64,000 bases of DNA from Limisphaerales bacterium (GTDB taxonomy: Bacteria > Verrucomicrobiota > Verrucomicrobiia > Limisphaerales > AAA164-E04). Under the pieces are notes generated by a model, which searched no databases, was not told the origin of the DNA, and saw only the letters and a list, made by a program, of their open reading frames with translations. The stretch is from assembly GCA_965227305.1 (NCBI GenBank), contig OZ245740.1, forward strand, positions 1,747,371 through 1,811,370. The letters are read 5' to 3'. Numbering within the stretch: position 1 is the stretch's first letter; every line of letters begins with the position of its first letter. This document shows, piece after piece, positions 46,552-54,522 of the stretch. The position numbers were made by a program, and so were the translations under genes.

Positions 46552-49198
46552 GACAATTAAGAGGCGGAGTGGCTACTGTTGGTTTGCCCTGTTGGCATGC
46601 CTTGCTCCGCTGTGTTTGTTGGCTCAGGACGGTAGTGTGGTTCAATCCGGTCTTCACTACTTCGGCGTTCAAAACCGAGCTACAGGAGAATTTGTCCAAC
46701 GGGGTGAGGCTGGCGCCAACGGCGTAGCTTTCGATCGATTGATTCTACCGGCGGAGCAGAGTTTTCGCATTTGGGTGCTCCAAGGTGAGACCTTCTTCTT
46801 GGGCTATGTGGATGTGACAACCCCTCCCAACGGCCAACGGTGGCAGGTGCCACCGATTGATCTGGGACAGTCGATAGCCGGTGATCGGGATGGGGATGGC
46901 TTGCCGGACGATGCCGAGCTGGTGCTTGGAACGTCGCCGAACGATTCGGATTCGGATGGCGATGGCGTCTCCGATAGCGCTGAAGTAAGGCAGGGATCAG
47001 ATCCGCTGGATGGCACGCCGACGCGGACGGGAATCCTCGGGACCGCCGACACTCCGGGCACCGCAGTGGATGTGTGCGCATTTAATGATCTCGTCGTGAT
47101 TGCAGACTCCGCTCGTGGGGTGGCTGTTTTCAACGTTTTTAACGGGATGAGCCCACTCATCGTCGCGCAAGTGGAGACGCCGGGCACGGCCCGTTCTGTG
47201 GCACTGGCGGATCAACTGATTGCGGTGGCCGATGGTGAAAGCGGTCTCGCCGTGATCGATATTACAGATCCGCCAGCGGCGAGGATTGTCCAGCAAGTGC
47301 CGTTTTCATCCAATGCCTTTTCGGTTGCGTCCGATGGAGAGATCGGGTTAGTCGGCCTGGAATCCGGGTTATTGGTAGCGGTCGATCTCCGAAGTGGGGG
47401 GGTATTGAGTCAACTCCAACTGGGAACCCGGCTCGTGGAGGATGTCGTTTTGTCTGGGGACCACGTGTTCGCCTTGTACCAGGGGAACCTCGGCGTTCTG
47501 CGGATGGTTGATGGGGCGCTGGAGGTGGTGTCATCGGTGGTGTTGCCGGACTACGCGATTATTGGACATGATCGCGGACGACTTTTTGTAGGGGGCGGTG
47601 TGGCTTATCCCGTGAATTCCCGAGGGTATCAGACGGTCGATATCTCCAGCCCGGCAGAGCCAACGCTGATCGCAACGGGGCGGACGTCTCAGGTGGGATG
47701 GAAGCAGATTGTGTTGAATGGTTCCGGTTTGGGACTGGCGGCTGTGGGAGTGAATCCCAGGCTGGATGCCACGGCCCATGTCTCTCTATACGACGTGTCG
47801 AATCCAAGCGACAATGATGTTTTTCTGACACAGTTTGAGACGCCGGGGTTTGCTCGCGCCGTGTCGATTTACAATGGCATTGGCTATGTCGCTGATCATG
47901 CTTCGGGATTGCAGGTTGTGAACTATCGGGCTTTTGATTCCCAAGGAGTAGCGCCAGAGATTGCGATCACCACGAGCCTTGAGGGCAGTCAAGCGGAGGA
48001 AGGGAAACGGTTTCGGATCACCGCTGACGTGAGTGATGATGTGCAGGTAAGGAACGTCGAGTTTTACGTCGATAGCGTGCGGGTTGCGACGGATGGTAAT
48101 TTTCCTTTTGAAGTGCGTGTTCCGGCGCCGTTGATTGTCAACCAGAACCGCTTTACCGTTCGGGCCCGTGCGAGTGATACGGGTGGTAATGCGACATTCT
48201 CGGAGAGCCTGACCTTTGATTTGATCGAGGACGCAACACAGCCGCGCTTGGTCCGAACTTTTCCGGAACGTGGGTCGGCACTTGGATCTGTGAATCGGGT
48301 CAGTGCGACGTTTTCGGAACCGATGGCTGTGAGTTCCTTTACTGCTTCTACGTTCGAACTGGTAAATGCGGGGCCGGACGGTGTCCTCAATTCCGGAGAT
48401 GAGCTTTTGATCCAGGGCGGGATGATTCGCTATTCGGATGTCTCCAATACGGCCATACTTCAATTCGAACAGGTATTGGAAGCCGGTCTCTATCAGGCAA
48501 GATTGGCTCAAACGATTACGGACCGATCAGGACTTCCTTTGCGCAATCCGGAACAATTCTCCTTCCGAGTGTTTGGGATGGCGGATGGGGATAACGATGG
48601 CGTTCCCGATGAGCTTGAAGTGACTTTGGGATTGGACCCCTTGAATCGGGACACCGATGGGGACGGGGTTCTGGATGGTGATGAAGACTTTGATGAAGAC
48701 AATTTGCCGAACGTGGGCGAAGTGCTCTTGGAAACGAATCCGGCCTTAGCGGATACGGACCGTGACGGGATTCTTGACGGCGATGAAGACTCGGACGGGG
48801 ATCTGCTGACGGACGGTCGGGAGATATTGCTTCGCACGAATCCCCGCATGGTGGACACAGACATGGATTCCTGGCCGGACAACGACGAGGTTGAATCCGG
48901 CGGCGACCCCTTGGATCCTCGTGTGATTCCGCCAATTCTGATTGTCGCCGCCCCTCCAACGACAACGGTGTTACCCGGAATCGGGAATACTGAGTTTGCT
49001 GTGGGGCTTGTGGTGGCCGCGCCTCCGATTTCTGCCGTAATTCCCGGTGTTGATATCGAAGCGAGTATTGGCGTTGGGGTGACGGTGGCCCGGCCGCCCG
49101 TGTCGGCCGTGTTACCTGCCGTAGGGCCGGTAGCGGGTATCGACTTTGGTATTACGGTCGCGGATCCGCCCGTGCGGGTCCAATTGAATTCTCAGTAG
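46517..49198 (+). CDS. Secreted LVIVD-repeat beta-propeller protein with thrombospondin type-3-like Ca-binding repeats, Ig-like domains and a C-terminal ~24-aa tandem repeat
   Basis: 893-aa ORF that overlaps the RHS 3' end. The likely start is GTG at 46538, giving [37 protein letters not shown]-type motifs: [48 protein letters not shown]-x-D-x-DG-x-x-D runs occur at ~46.87-47.0 kb and ~48.58-48.9 kb. Confidence 0.7.
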   Translation: MVTSTSLVKRSRTIKRRSGYCWFALLACLAPLCLLAQDGSVVQSGLHYFGVQNRATGEFVQRGEAGANGVAFDRLILPAEQSFRIWVLQGETFFLGYVDVTTPPNGQRWQVPPIDLGQSIAGDRDGDGLPDDAELVLGTSPNDSDSDGDGVSDSAEVRQGSDPLDGTPTRTGILGTADTPGTAVDVCAFNDLVVIADSARGVAVFNVFNGMSPLIVAQVETPGTARSVALADQLIAVADGESGLAVIDITDPPAARIVQQVPFSSNAFSVASDGEIGLVGLESGLLVAVDLRSGGVLSQLQLGTRLVEDVVLSGDHVFALYQGNLGVLRMVDGALEVVSSVVLPDYAIIGHDRGRLFVGGGVAYPVNSRGYQTVDISSPAEPTLIATGRTSQVGWKQIVLNGSGLGLAAVGVNPRLDATAHVSLYDVSNPSDNDVFLTQFETPGFARAVSIYNGIGYVADHASGLQVVNYRAFDSQGVAPEIAITTSLEGSQAEEGKRFRITADVSDDVQVRNVEFYVDSVRVATDGNFPFEVRVPAPLIVNQNRFTVRARASDTGGNATFSESLTFDLIEDATQPRLVRTFPERGSALGSVNRVSATFSEPMAVSSFTASTFELVNAGPDGVLNSGDELLIQGGMIRYSDVSNTAILQFEQVLEAGLYQARLAQTITDRSGLPLRNPEQFSFRVFGMADGDNDGVPDELEVTLGLDPLNRDTDGDGVLDGDEDFDEDNLPNVGEVLLETNPALADTDRDGILDGDEDSDGDLLTDGREILLRTNPRMVDTDMDSWPDNDEVESGGDPLDPRVIPPILIVAAPPTTTVLPGIGNTEFAVGLVVAAPPISAVIPGVDIEASIGVGVTVARPPVSAVLPAVGPVAGIDFGITVADPPVRVQLNSQ

Positions 49199-49200
49199 CG

Positions 49201-50460
49201 TTGACGAGTATGATGACAAACTTACCTGACTCTTTAAAATGGATGCAATGTCTCGGGCGGCATCGATTGAACCGGGGTGCGATTACGCACGTTGGGCTCG
49301 TGGCGGTGTTGTTCCTAGCAACCCCTCTCTATGCGCAATTCAGCTCAGGGAGCGATGGCTCCGACGGTGCCTTGGCGGTCACGGGGAACCGGGTTCTGGA
49401 TCTCCCGGATGACGGCCGATTCAACTTTACCACCGTAACGATTGAGGAGGGAGCCACACTCAGTTTCAATCCGAATCCGAAGAACACTCCCGTATACGTG
49501 TTGGCGAGTGGTTCGATCATCGTTAACGGAACGGTACATGTAAACGGAGGGACGGGGGATTCGGTCAATGGGGGTGTCGGTGGTCCCGGAGGTTATGGTG
49601 GCGGACAACCCGGGTTCAACGAACTCCCGCCTGGGGCGGGATTAGGGCCGGGTGGCGGGCTGGGAGGGGCCCCAAATCGAGATGGCGCTGGGCCTGGGGC
49701 TTACTTGAACGCCGGAAATAATACGCGCGACGAGAATCTCCAGCAGGGAGTCCCCTACGGTACGCCTCTGTTGGTTCCAATGGTTGGCGGCTCCGGCGGT
49801 GGAGGGACGGCTGGATCCCCTGGTGTTGGTGGTGGGGGCGGGGGCGGCGCTCTGTTGATGGCTTCGGATGAATCAATCACGGTTGGCCAGATGGGACGGA
49901 TTGAAGCGCGTGGCGGTTCAGATGGGGATAGTAATGACTTCTTTGCACCAAAACACGGTGGGAGCGGCGGGGCCGTCCGGTTGGTTGCGCCCTTGATCCA
50001 GGGAACGGGACAGGTCAATGTGGAAGCTTTCATAAGGGGTTTTGCCGGGGATGGGCGGATCCGGATTGATGCGGTGGATCGCCGCCAGTTCAACTTGGAA
50101 TTGGTCCCGGCGCGCTCCGTGTCCGTGGGCGTATTGATGGCGGTTGATCCCGGTGTGTTGCCGCGGTTGGACATTCTCCAGGTAGCGGATCAAGTGATTC
50201 CCGAAGGTTCGGTGCCTCCCGAGACATTTATTTTACCGATCGGTTCGCCTGCTGAGCAGATCGTTCGGGTGCAGGCTCGCGATTTTCGGGGATTGATACC
50301 GATCCTGGTTCGGTTGATTCCAGAGAATGGGGTTCCCGTCGACTTTGAAGGAACGATCGATATGGCGACGGGCAATCCGGCCACGACGGACGTGGCTGTC
50401 ACGCTTCCTTTGAATACGGGAGTTCGTGTGCAGGTGTGGACTCGGGATGCCGAGGAGTAG
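49201..50460 (+). CDS. Secreted glycine-rich protein of unknown function (beta-helix-like N-terminal part)
   Basis: 419-aa ORF that starts 2 nt after the upstream stop (TTG at 49201, or ATG at 49210). Signal helix VGLVAVLFLATPLYAQ. Gly runs: GGVGGPGGYGGGQPG, GGSGGGGTAGSPGVGGGGGGGA, HGGSGGAVRL. Confidence 0.6.
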   Translation: MTSMMTNLPDSLKWMQCLGRHRLNRGAITHVGLVAVLFLATPLYAQFSSGSDGSDGALAVTGNRVLDLPDDGRFNFTTVTIEEGATLSFNPNPKNTPVYVLASGSIIVNGTVHVNGGTGDSVNGGVGGPGGYGGGQPGFNELPPGAGLGPGGGLGGAPNRDGAGPGAYLNAGNNTRDENLQQGVPYGTPLLVPMVGGSGGGGTAGSPGVGGGGGGGALLMASDESITVGQMGRIEARGGSDGDSNDFFAPKHGGSGGAVRLVAPLIQGTGQVNVEAFIRGFAGDGRIRIDAVDRRQFNLELVPARSVSVGVLMAVDPGVLPRLDILQVADQVIPEGSVPPETFILPIGSPAEQIVRVQARDFRGLIPILVRLIPENGVPVDFEGTIDMATGNPATTDVAVTLPLNTGVRVQVWTRDAEE

Positions 50461-50463
50461 GGG

Positions 50464-52302
50464 GTGGCGTATGGACGGGATTCCGACTCAATGAACCGCG
50501 CACGGGAAAGTAATCTTCTCGCCGCAGCCTGCCATCTGGGAGCGGTTGTGTTAACCCTATTGGGTGTTGGTGTCCCGTCGGTAAGGGCTGCCACGATCTT
50601 GGACGTGGGGGAAGCGGTTGCGCCCAAGGGGGCGACGGTCGTGGTGGATATGGTGCTGACTTCAGACCAAAATGTCGCAGCCCTGCAGTTTGACTTGTTG
50701 TACGACAATCGTCGACTGACTACCGAGTCTACCCGTTTGAGTCAGGCCCAAACACGGCACACGGTTGATTCTCGGGATGTGGCTCCGGGGCGCCTTCGGG
50801 TCGCGGTTTATCCGTCAGCGAATGCAGTTCTGGCGGATGGTCCTTTGGTTTCGTTGCCCTTCGTTATCGCACCGAATGTTGGTTCTGGGGAACTCCCGTT
50901 GACCCTGGATGTCGCTCAAGTTGTTTTCTCGACAGTCGCGGGGCAATCGATCTCGGCAGATGAGCTTTTGAATGGGGCGATAACCGTTGATGAAACTGTT
51001 GGTGTTTTTCGAATTGCCGGTCGGGTTCATTATTTTGGCGGTGGGAACGAACCGTTGCCGGAGATCCGCCTGCGTCTACTCGGAGCGGACACCATTGGGA
51101 CCGATACGGATGCCGAAGGCCGATTCGAGCTATTGGCCAACGGAGGCAATGACTATCGGTTGGAGGCGGTGGCGCCCGGGATCCGTCTCGCGCCCGAATC
51201 CGGCGTAGACGTGGGAGATCTCGTGGCATTGCGTAAACATCTACTCGGTTTCGGCGATATCGATTCCCCCTTTGGCGCATTGGCGGGGGATGTCGATGGG
51301 GATCGAGCCCTCACCGAATTGGACGTGGAGCGAGTTCGGGGAATGCTTCTAGGCGAAGCGACAACGCTGCAGGGTTCGGTGGGCGTGGCCGGTGAGTCCC
51401 TCTTCTTCTTGCCGTCGGACCTAAGTTTTGTAGACCGTCGGGATCCGTGGGGTGCTCTTGGGGCAGCCAACGCGAACGCGGTCCGGCGAATCTCCGGACT
51501 GGGGAACGCACGATTCGGTGAAGATTTCGCCGGAATCAAATTGGGAGATGTCAACGGAGACTGGCGGTCCGTGGGCACAGAGTTGCCTCTGGAAACCCCA
51601 AGCTCTGGCTTTGGATCCGTTGAACTGCGTCTGAGATCGGGCTACGGGGTGCCGGGCGGAGAGATCCGTCTGCCGCTGTTTGCGGAAAGTTCGGATCCCT
51701 TGCTTGGTCTCCAATTTGATCTTGGCTGGGACCCATCCGTGTTGCAGTTCGATCGGTTTGAAAATGTGCGTCTACCTGGGTTTGACCCCGCGATTCACAC
51801 TGCCGAGGGGGCGGAACGAGACCAAGTGCGTGTGGTGTGGGCGGACCCAATTGCTTTAGGTCTTCAAATCGGGAGTGCGGAGCCGGTGTTGGAACTGGTG
51901 TTCCAGGCGGTAGCGGATGCGGAACTCGGGGCGGCCTCGCGCGTTGATTTCTTGGGTGGATCAACTCAAGTGTTGGGTTACGGTTTTGACGGCCGACAGG
52001 ATATGCAGGCCCAGGACGCGATTGTGGTTTTGGCGGCTGCGCCTGACTTCGACAATATCGTGTCGGTTGGTGATGCGGTTCTAACTCGCTTCGTCCCGGG
52101 TGAGACACTGGAGCTCTGGGCATTCGCGGAAGATGGCCGCACCTACATTCTTGAGACGACCCTGTCCTTTAGTGATCCCAATTGGGAAGAAATCGCTCAA
52201 GCCGTAGCTGCCGATGGTCTCGTCGAGTTTTCCGTAGCGGCAGATGCCGCTTTCCAGCGTTACTTTCGACTGCTCGAATTAGCGGCGGAAAACAATCCAT
52301 GA
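50464..52302 (+). CDS. Secreted protein with two cohesin-like domains, a carboxypeptidase-regulatory-like domain and a dockerin-like segment (scaffoldin-like)
   Basis: 612-aa ORF (GTG at 50464, or ATG at 50491) with a signal peptide. Cohesin-like blocks: GATVVVDMVLTSDQNVAALQFDLLYDNRRL... and GGEIRLPLFAESSDPLLGLQFDLGWDPSVLQF... Dockerin-like segment: DLVALRKHLLG...GDVDGDRALTELDVERVRGMLLG. Confidence 0.7.
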   Translation: MAYGRDSDSMNRARESNLLAAACHLGAVVLTLLGVGVPSVRAATILDVGEAVAPKGATVVVDMVLTSDQNVAALQFDLLYDNRRLTTESTRLSQAQTRHTVDSRDVAPGRLRVAVYPSANAVLADGPLVSLPFVIAPNVGSGELPLTLDVAQVVFSTVAGQSISADELLNGAITVDETVGVFRIAGRVHYFGGGNEPLPEIRLRLLGADTIGTDTDAEGRFELLANGGNDYRLEAVAPGIRLAPESGVDVGDLVALRKHLLGFGDIDSPFGALAGDVDGDRALTELDVERVRGMLLGEATTLQGSVGVAGESLFFLPSDLSFVDRRDPWGALGAANANAVRRISGLGNARFGEDFAGIKLGDVNGDWRSVGTELPLETPSSGFGSVELRLRSGYGVPGGEIRLPLFAESSDPLLGLQFDLGWDPSVLQFDRFENVRLPGFDPAIHTAEGAERDQVRVVWADPIALGLQIGSAEPVLELVFQAVADAELGAASRVDFLGGSTQVLGYGFDGRQDMQAQDAIVVLAAAPDFDNIVSVGDAVLTRFVPGETLELWAFAEDGRTYILETTLSFSDPNWEEIAQAVAADGLVEFSVAADAAFQRYFRLLELAAENNP

Positions 52303-52362
52303 GAATTCCGAGTGTGTCGGCAAGAACTTTCCTCTGAGCGGAAAATGCAACAGCATCCTTGG

Positions 52363-52397
52363 TTTCCCCTTACGGGAAATGTTTGTGTGACGTTTTT
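52363..52397 (+). terminator. Weak candidate terminator after the cohesin gene
   Basis: TTTCCC-cttac-GGGAAA hairpin (6 bp) followed by the T-rich tract tgtttgtgtgacgttttt. Confidence 0.25.
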
Positions 52398-52410
52398 CCT
52401 GGTTTGAATA

Positions 52411-52932
52411 TTGTTTTTGATGAATCGCAAGACGAGGGACATTCTTAGCGAGCTTGAGAGTTATCTCTGGTTTTCGAATGTGGGAAACCGTTCGGAAGTG
52501 GGAGACGTTACTTTTGTTGATTCGTGGGGAGCGGCAGTCGCGAGTTGTGCGAGCCGTAAGTGGGAAGACTTTCAACAAGATATCCACAATTACTACATCA
52601 GAAAAGTAGGGGCCCATATCCACGAGGGCGCGGAACGTTGGAACGCCGTCTTGAGTGAGGTGGAGAGTCGGCTGGCGGTGCATGCATTTCCCGTTGTGGA
52701 AAAGATGGCGTCAAATCTCGAATTGCCTCAGGTCTTCGTTGATTCGGTCAGGTGGGACGTGCTTGGTATTTGTATGGAAGTGGAATTCTCGGATATCACA
52801 CCGCCATTTTTTTTCGCGGCAATTGTGAGGGAGTGCTACCGGTCTGGGCATTTTCCCTGCGGTTGGGATGGCCCCGATTTGCCTGACGGATGGTGCGGGA
52901 ACCTCAGCTTGGGCAAGCTGATTGTCTATTGA
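52411..52932 (+). CDS. Hypothetical cytoplasmic protein (candidate immunity-type protein by context only)
   Basis: 173-aa ORF; the likely ATG is at 52420 (MNRKTRDIL). No signal peptide. C-terminal GHFPCGWDGPDLPDGW motif. It sits in a visibly AT-richer stretch downstream of the RHS operon. I recognise no family. Confidence 0.5.
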   Translation: MFLMNRKTRDILSELESYLWFSNVGNRSEVGDVTFVDSWGAAVASCASRKWEDFQQDIHNYYIRKVGAHIHEGAERWNAVLSEVESRLAVHAFPVVEKMASNLELPQVFVDSVRWDVLGICMEVEFSDITPPFFFAAIVRECYRSGHFPCGWDGPDLPDGWCGNLSLGKLIVY

Positions 52933-53059
52933 TAGGCTGAATTGTAGGGGCCACAGGCTCGTTCCTGGCGCGTCGTTCCTGCCTCTATCCGGAGGATGGC
53001 GCACTGTTAGGAAGTGACGCGGTCCCCGCGATTAATTCGACCGATGGAGGCGTTGTTCC

Positions 53060-53317
53060 ATGGATGAGAGCCATTGGGAGTACTTCTGGAAAAGGGAGCA
53101 GGCTCGGATTCGATTATTGCAGCTTGGTGAATTGGTAGGTTTTCTTATGACTGAGGTGCCTACATTTGACCGAGAACAGCTATTCGGGGATGCTATCTGG
53201 AGTCTTATCCGAGAGTTGGCCCTAGAACTGGTTGACGGGTTCCGAACTAGCTATGTATCGCGGGAGTCTATAGAAAGACTCTTGGTCGTATGGGGAGTTG
53301 CCGGGAGGCGCTGTTGA
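53060..53317 (+). CDS. Hypothetical small protein
   Basis: 85-aa ORF in the same AT-richer islet. No recognisable motif. The coding status is uncertain. Confidence 0.3.
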   Translation: MDESHWEYFWKREQARIRLLQLGELVGFLMTEVPTFDREQLFGDAIWSLIRELALELVDGFRTSYVSRESIERLLVVWGVAGRRC

Positions 53318-53451
53318 CGAGTTCACTTGTGGTATCAGTCCGGCCTTCAACTCAATTGACACCGTTTCATTGAGCGAGTAGTTTCAATCAGCTCCGAAGA
53401 GTGGCTGGTTGGTAAACTGTTGATGTGAAAGGAGTTTAGGTAGTCTGGTTT

Positions 53452-54435
53452 ATGGTTTTTCGCACGGTGGTGTCCGTATTTTTCTTTTGTTTCGCGTCAG
53501 ACCTGTTGGCGGACCGAATCTTTGCTATTAATGTCGGTGAACGGGAACTACGAGAGTTCGACGTAAGTGGTAACCTTGTCCGTTCGTTGAATGATGGTGC
53601 GCCGGCCCCTGTGGGCAAGCCACTTTACGCTCCCTTCGACGTCCTGGTAACCAACAGTGGTGACATCCTAGTCTCCCAGCGAAGCAGGAGCATCGGGTAC
53701 TTCGAGATCCGACGTTTTAATAGCGACGGGAGCGAGATTCTTCCGTTTACCTCAAGTCCCATAAACCGAATGGGAGGGACACGCGGGATGGCGCTTAGCC
53801 CCAGCGGGAACATCTACGTGGCGAGTGGTGGTGGAGGGAGTTTTGATTTCATTATGGAGTTTAGCCCGGATGGACCGGATCTTGGGAATATTATTGGGGA
53901 CACCGAGTCGGGACTAAATTTCCATTCACCAGCCATCATTGCCGTCGATTCGCAGGGTAACATTTATTTGGCTCAAAATTTTAATGGGGGAAGAGTTCTC
54001 AAATTTGATTCGAACGGAACGTTTGTTAGCACGGTGGCTGAAGACATCAATACCTATGGAATGGATGTTGACAGCAATGACAACCTGTTTGTGGCCGCCG
54101 CCGTCGGAGGGAGTTCGTCCATTCTTAAATATGGTTCCGATGGCACATCGCAAGGGACGTTTGTAGACGGTTTGGGGCTTACGGTGAGCATTGAATTTGG
54201 TCCCGGTGGCAATCTCTATGCAGCCGATGCGACGAATGACAAAGTACTTTCTTACCGGCCAGATGGAACTTTGGATTTCAGCTTCGGAGTCGATGGGGAA
54301 CTTGGTGCGATCGGAATTGGCGCCTCTCCCGTTCCTGAAGTGAATGCACAATTCGTGGTAATGGGCCTTTTCTTGGGCGGTTTTGTGGTGTACCTGCGGC
54401 GGTCCAAGAATTGTGTTGCTTCGAATAAGCTTTAG
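53452..54435 (+). CDS. NHL-repeat six-bladed beta-propeller protein with PEP-CTERM-like C-terminal sorting signal
   Basis: 327-aa ORF with AAAGGAG ~17 nt upstream and a signal peptide. Repeated ..P.G(I/V)A(V/L)D..GN(I/L)YVA.. blades: SPSGNIYVASGG, VDSQGNIYLAQ, VDSNDNLFVAA, GPGGNLYAADA. C-terminal PVPE + FVVMGLFLGGFVVYL + RRSK. Confidence 0.65.
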   Translation: MVFRTVVSVFFFCFASDLLADRIFAINVGERELREFDVSGNLVRSLNDGAPAPVGKPLYAPFDVLVTNSGDILVSQRSRSIGYFEIRRFNSDGSEILPFTSSPINRMGGTRGMALSPSGNIYVASGGGGSFDFIMEFSPDGPDLGNIIGDTESGLNFHSPAIIAVDSQGNIYLAQNFNGGRVLKFDSNGTFVSTVAEDINTYGMDVDSNDNLFVAAAVGGSSSILKYGSDGTSQGTFVDGLGLTVSIEFGPGGNLYAADATNDKVLSYRPDGTLDFSFGVDGELGAIGIGASPVPEVNAQFVVMGLFLGGFVVYLRRSKNCVASNKL

Positions 54436-54522
54436 TCCGGTCTTTTTGTCGGTCGGCCGGACAATCCTATCCCGGGCTTTTTGGGGGTAACGGAGCGAAT
54501 CCATGCTGGAAAAAGGTAGAAT

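Noticed and set aside
46860-48900. Periodic DNA repeats (gat ggg gat ggc ... gac) that might superficially suggest a repeat array
   Set aside because: They are in-frame codons for thrombospondin type-3-like D-x-D-x-DG Ca-binding repeats inside a CDS. They lack the regular repeat-spacer structure of a CRISPR array.
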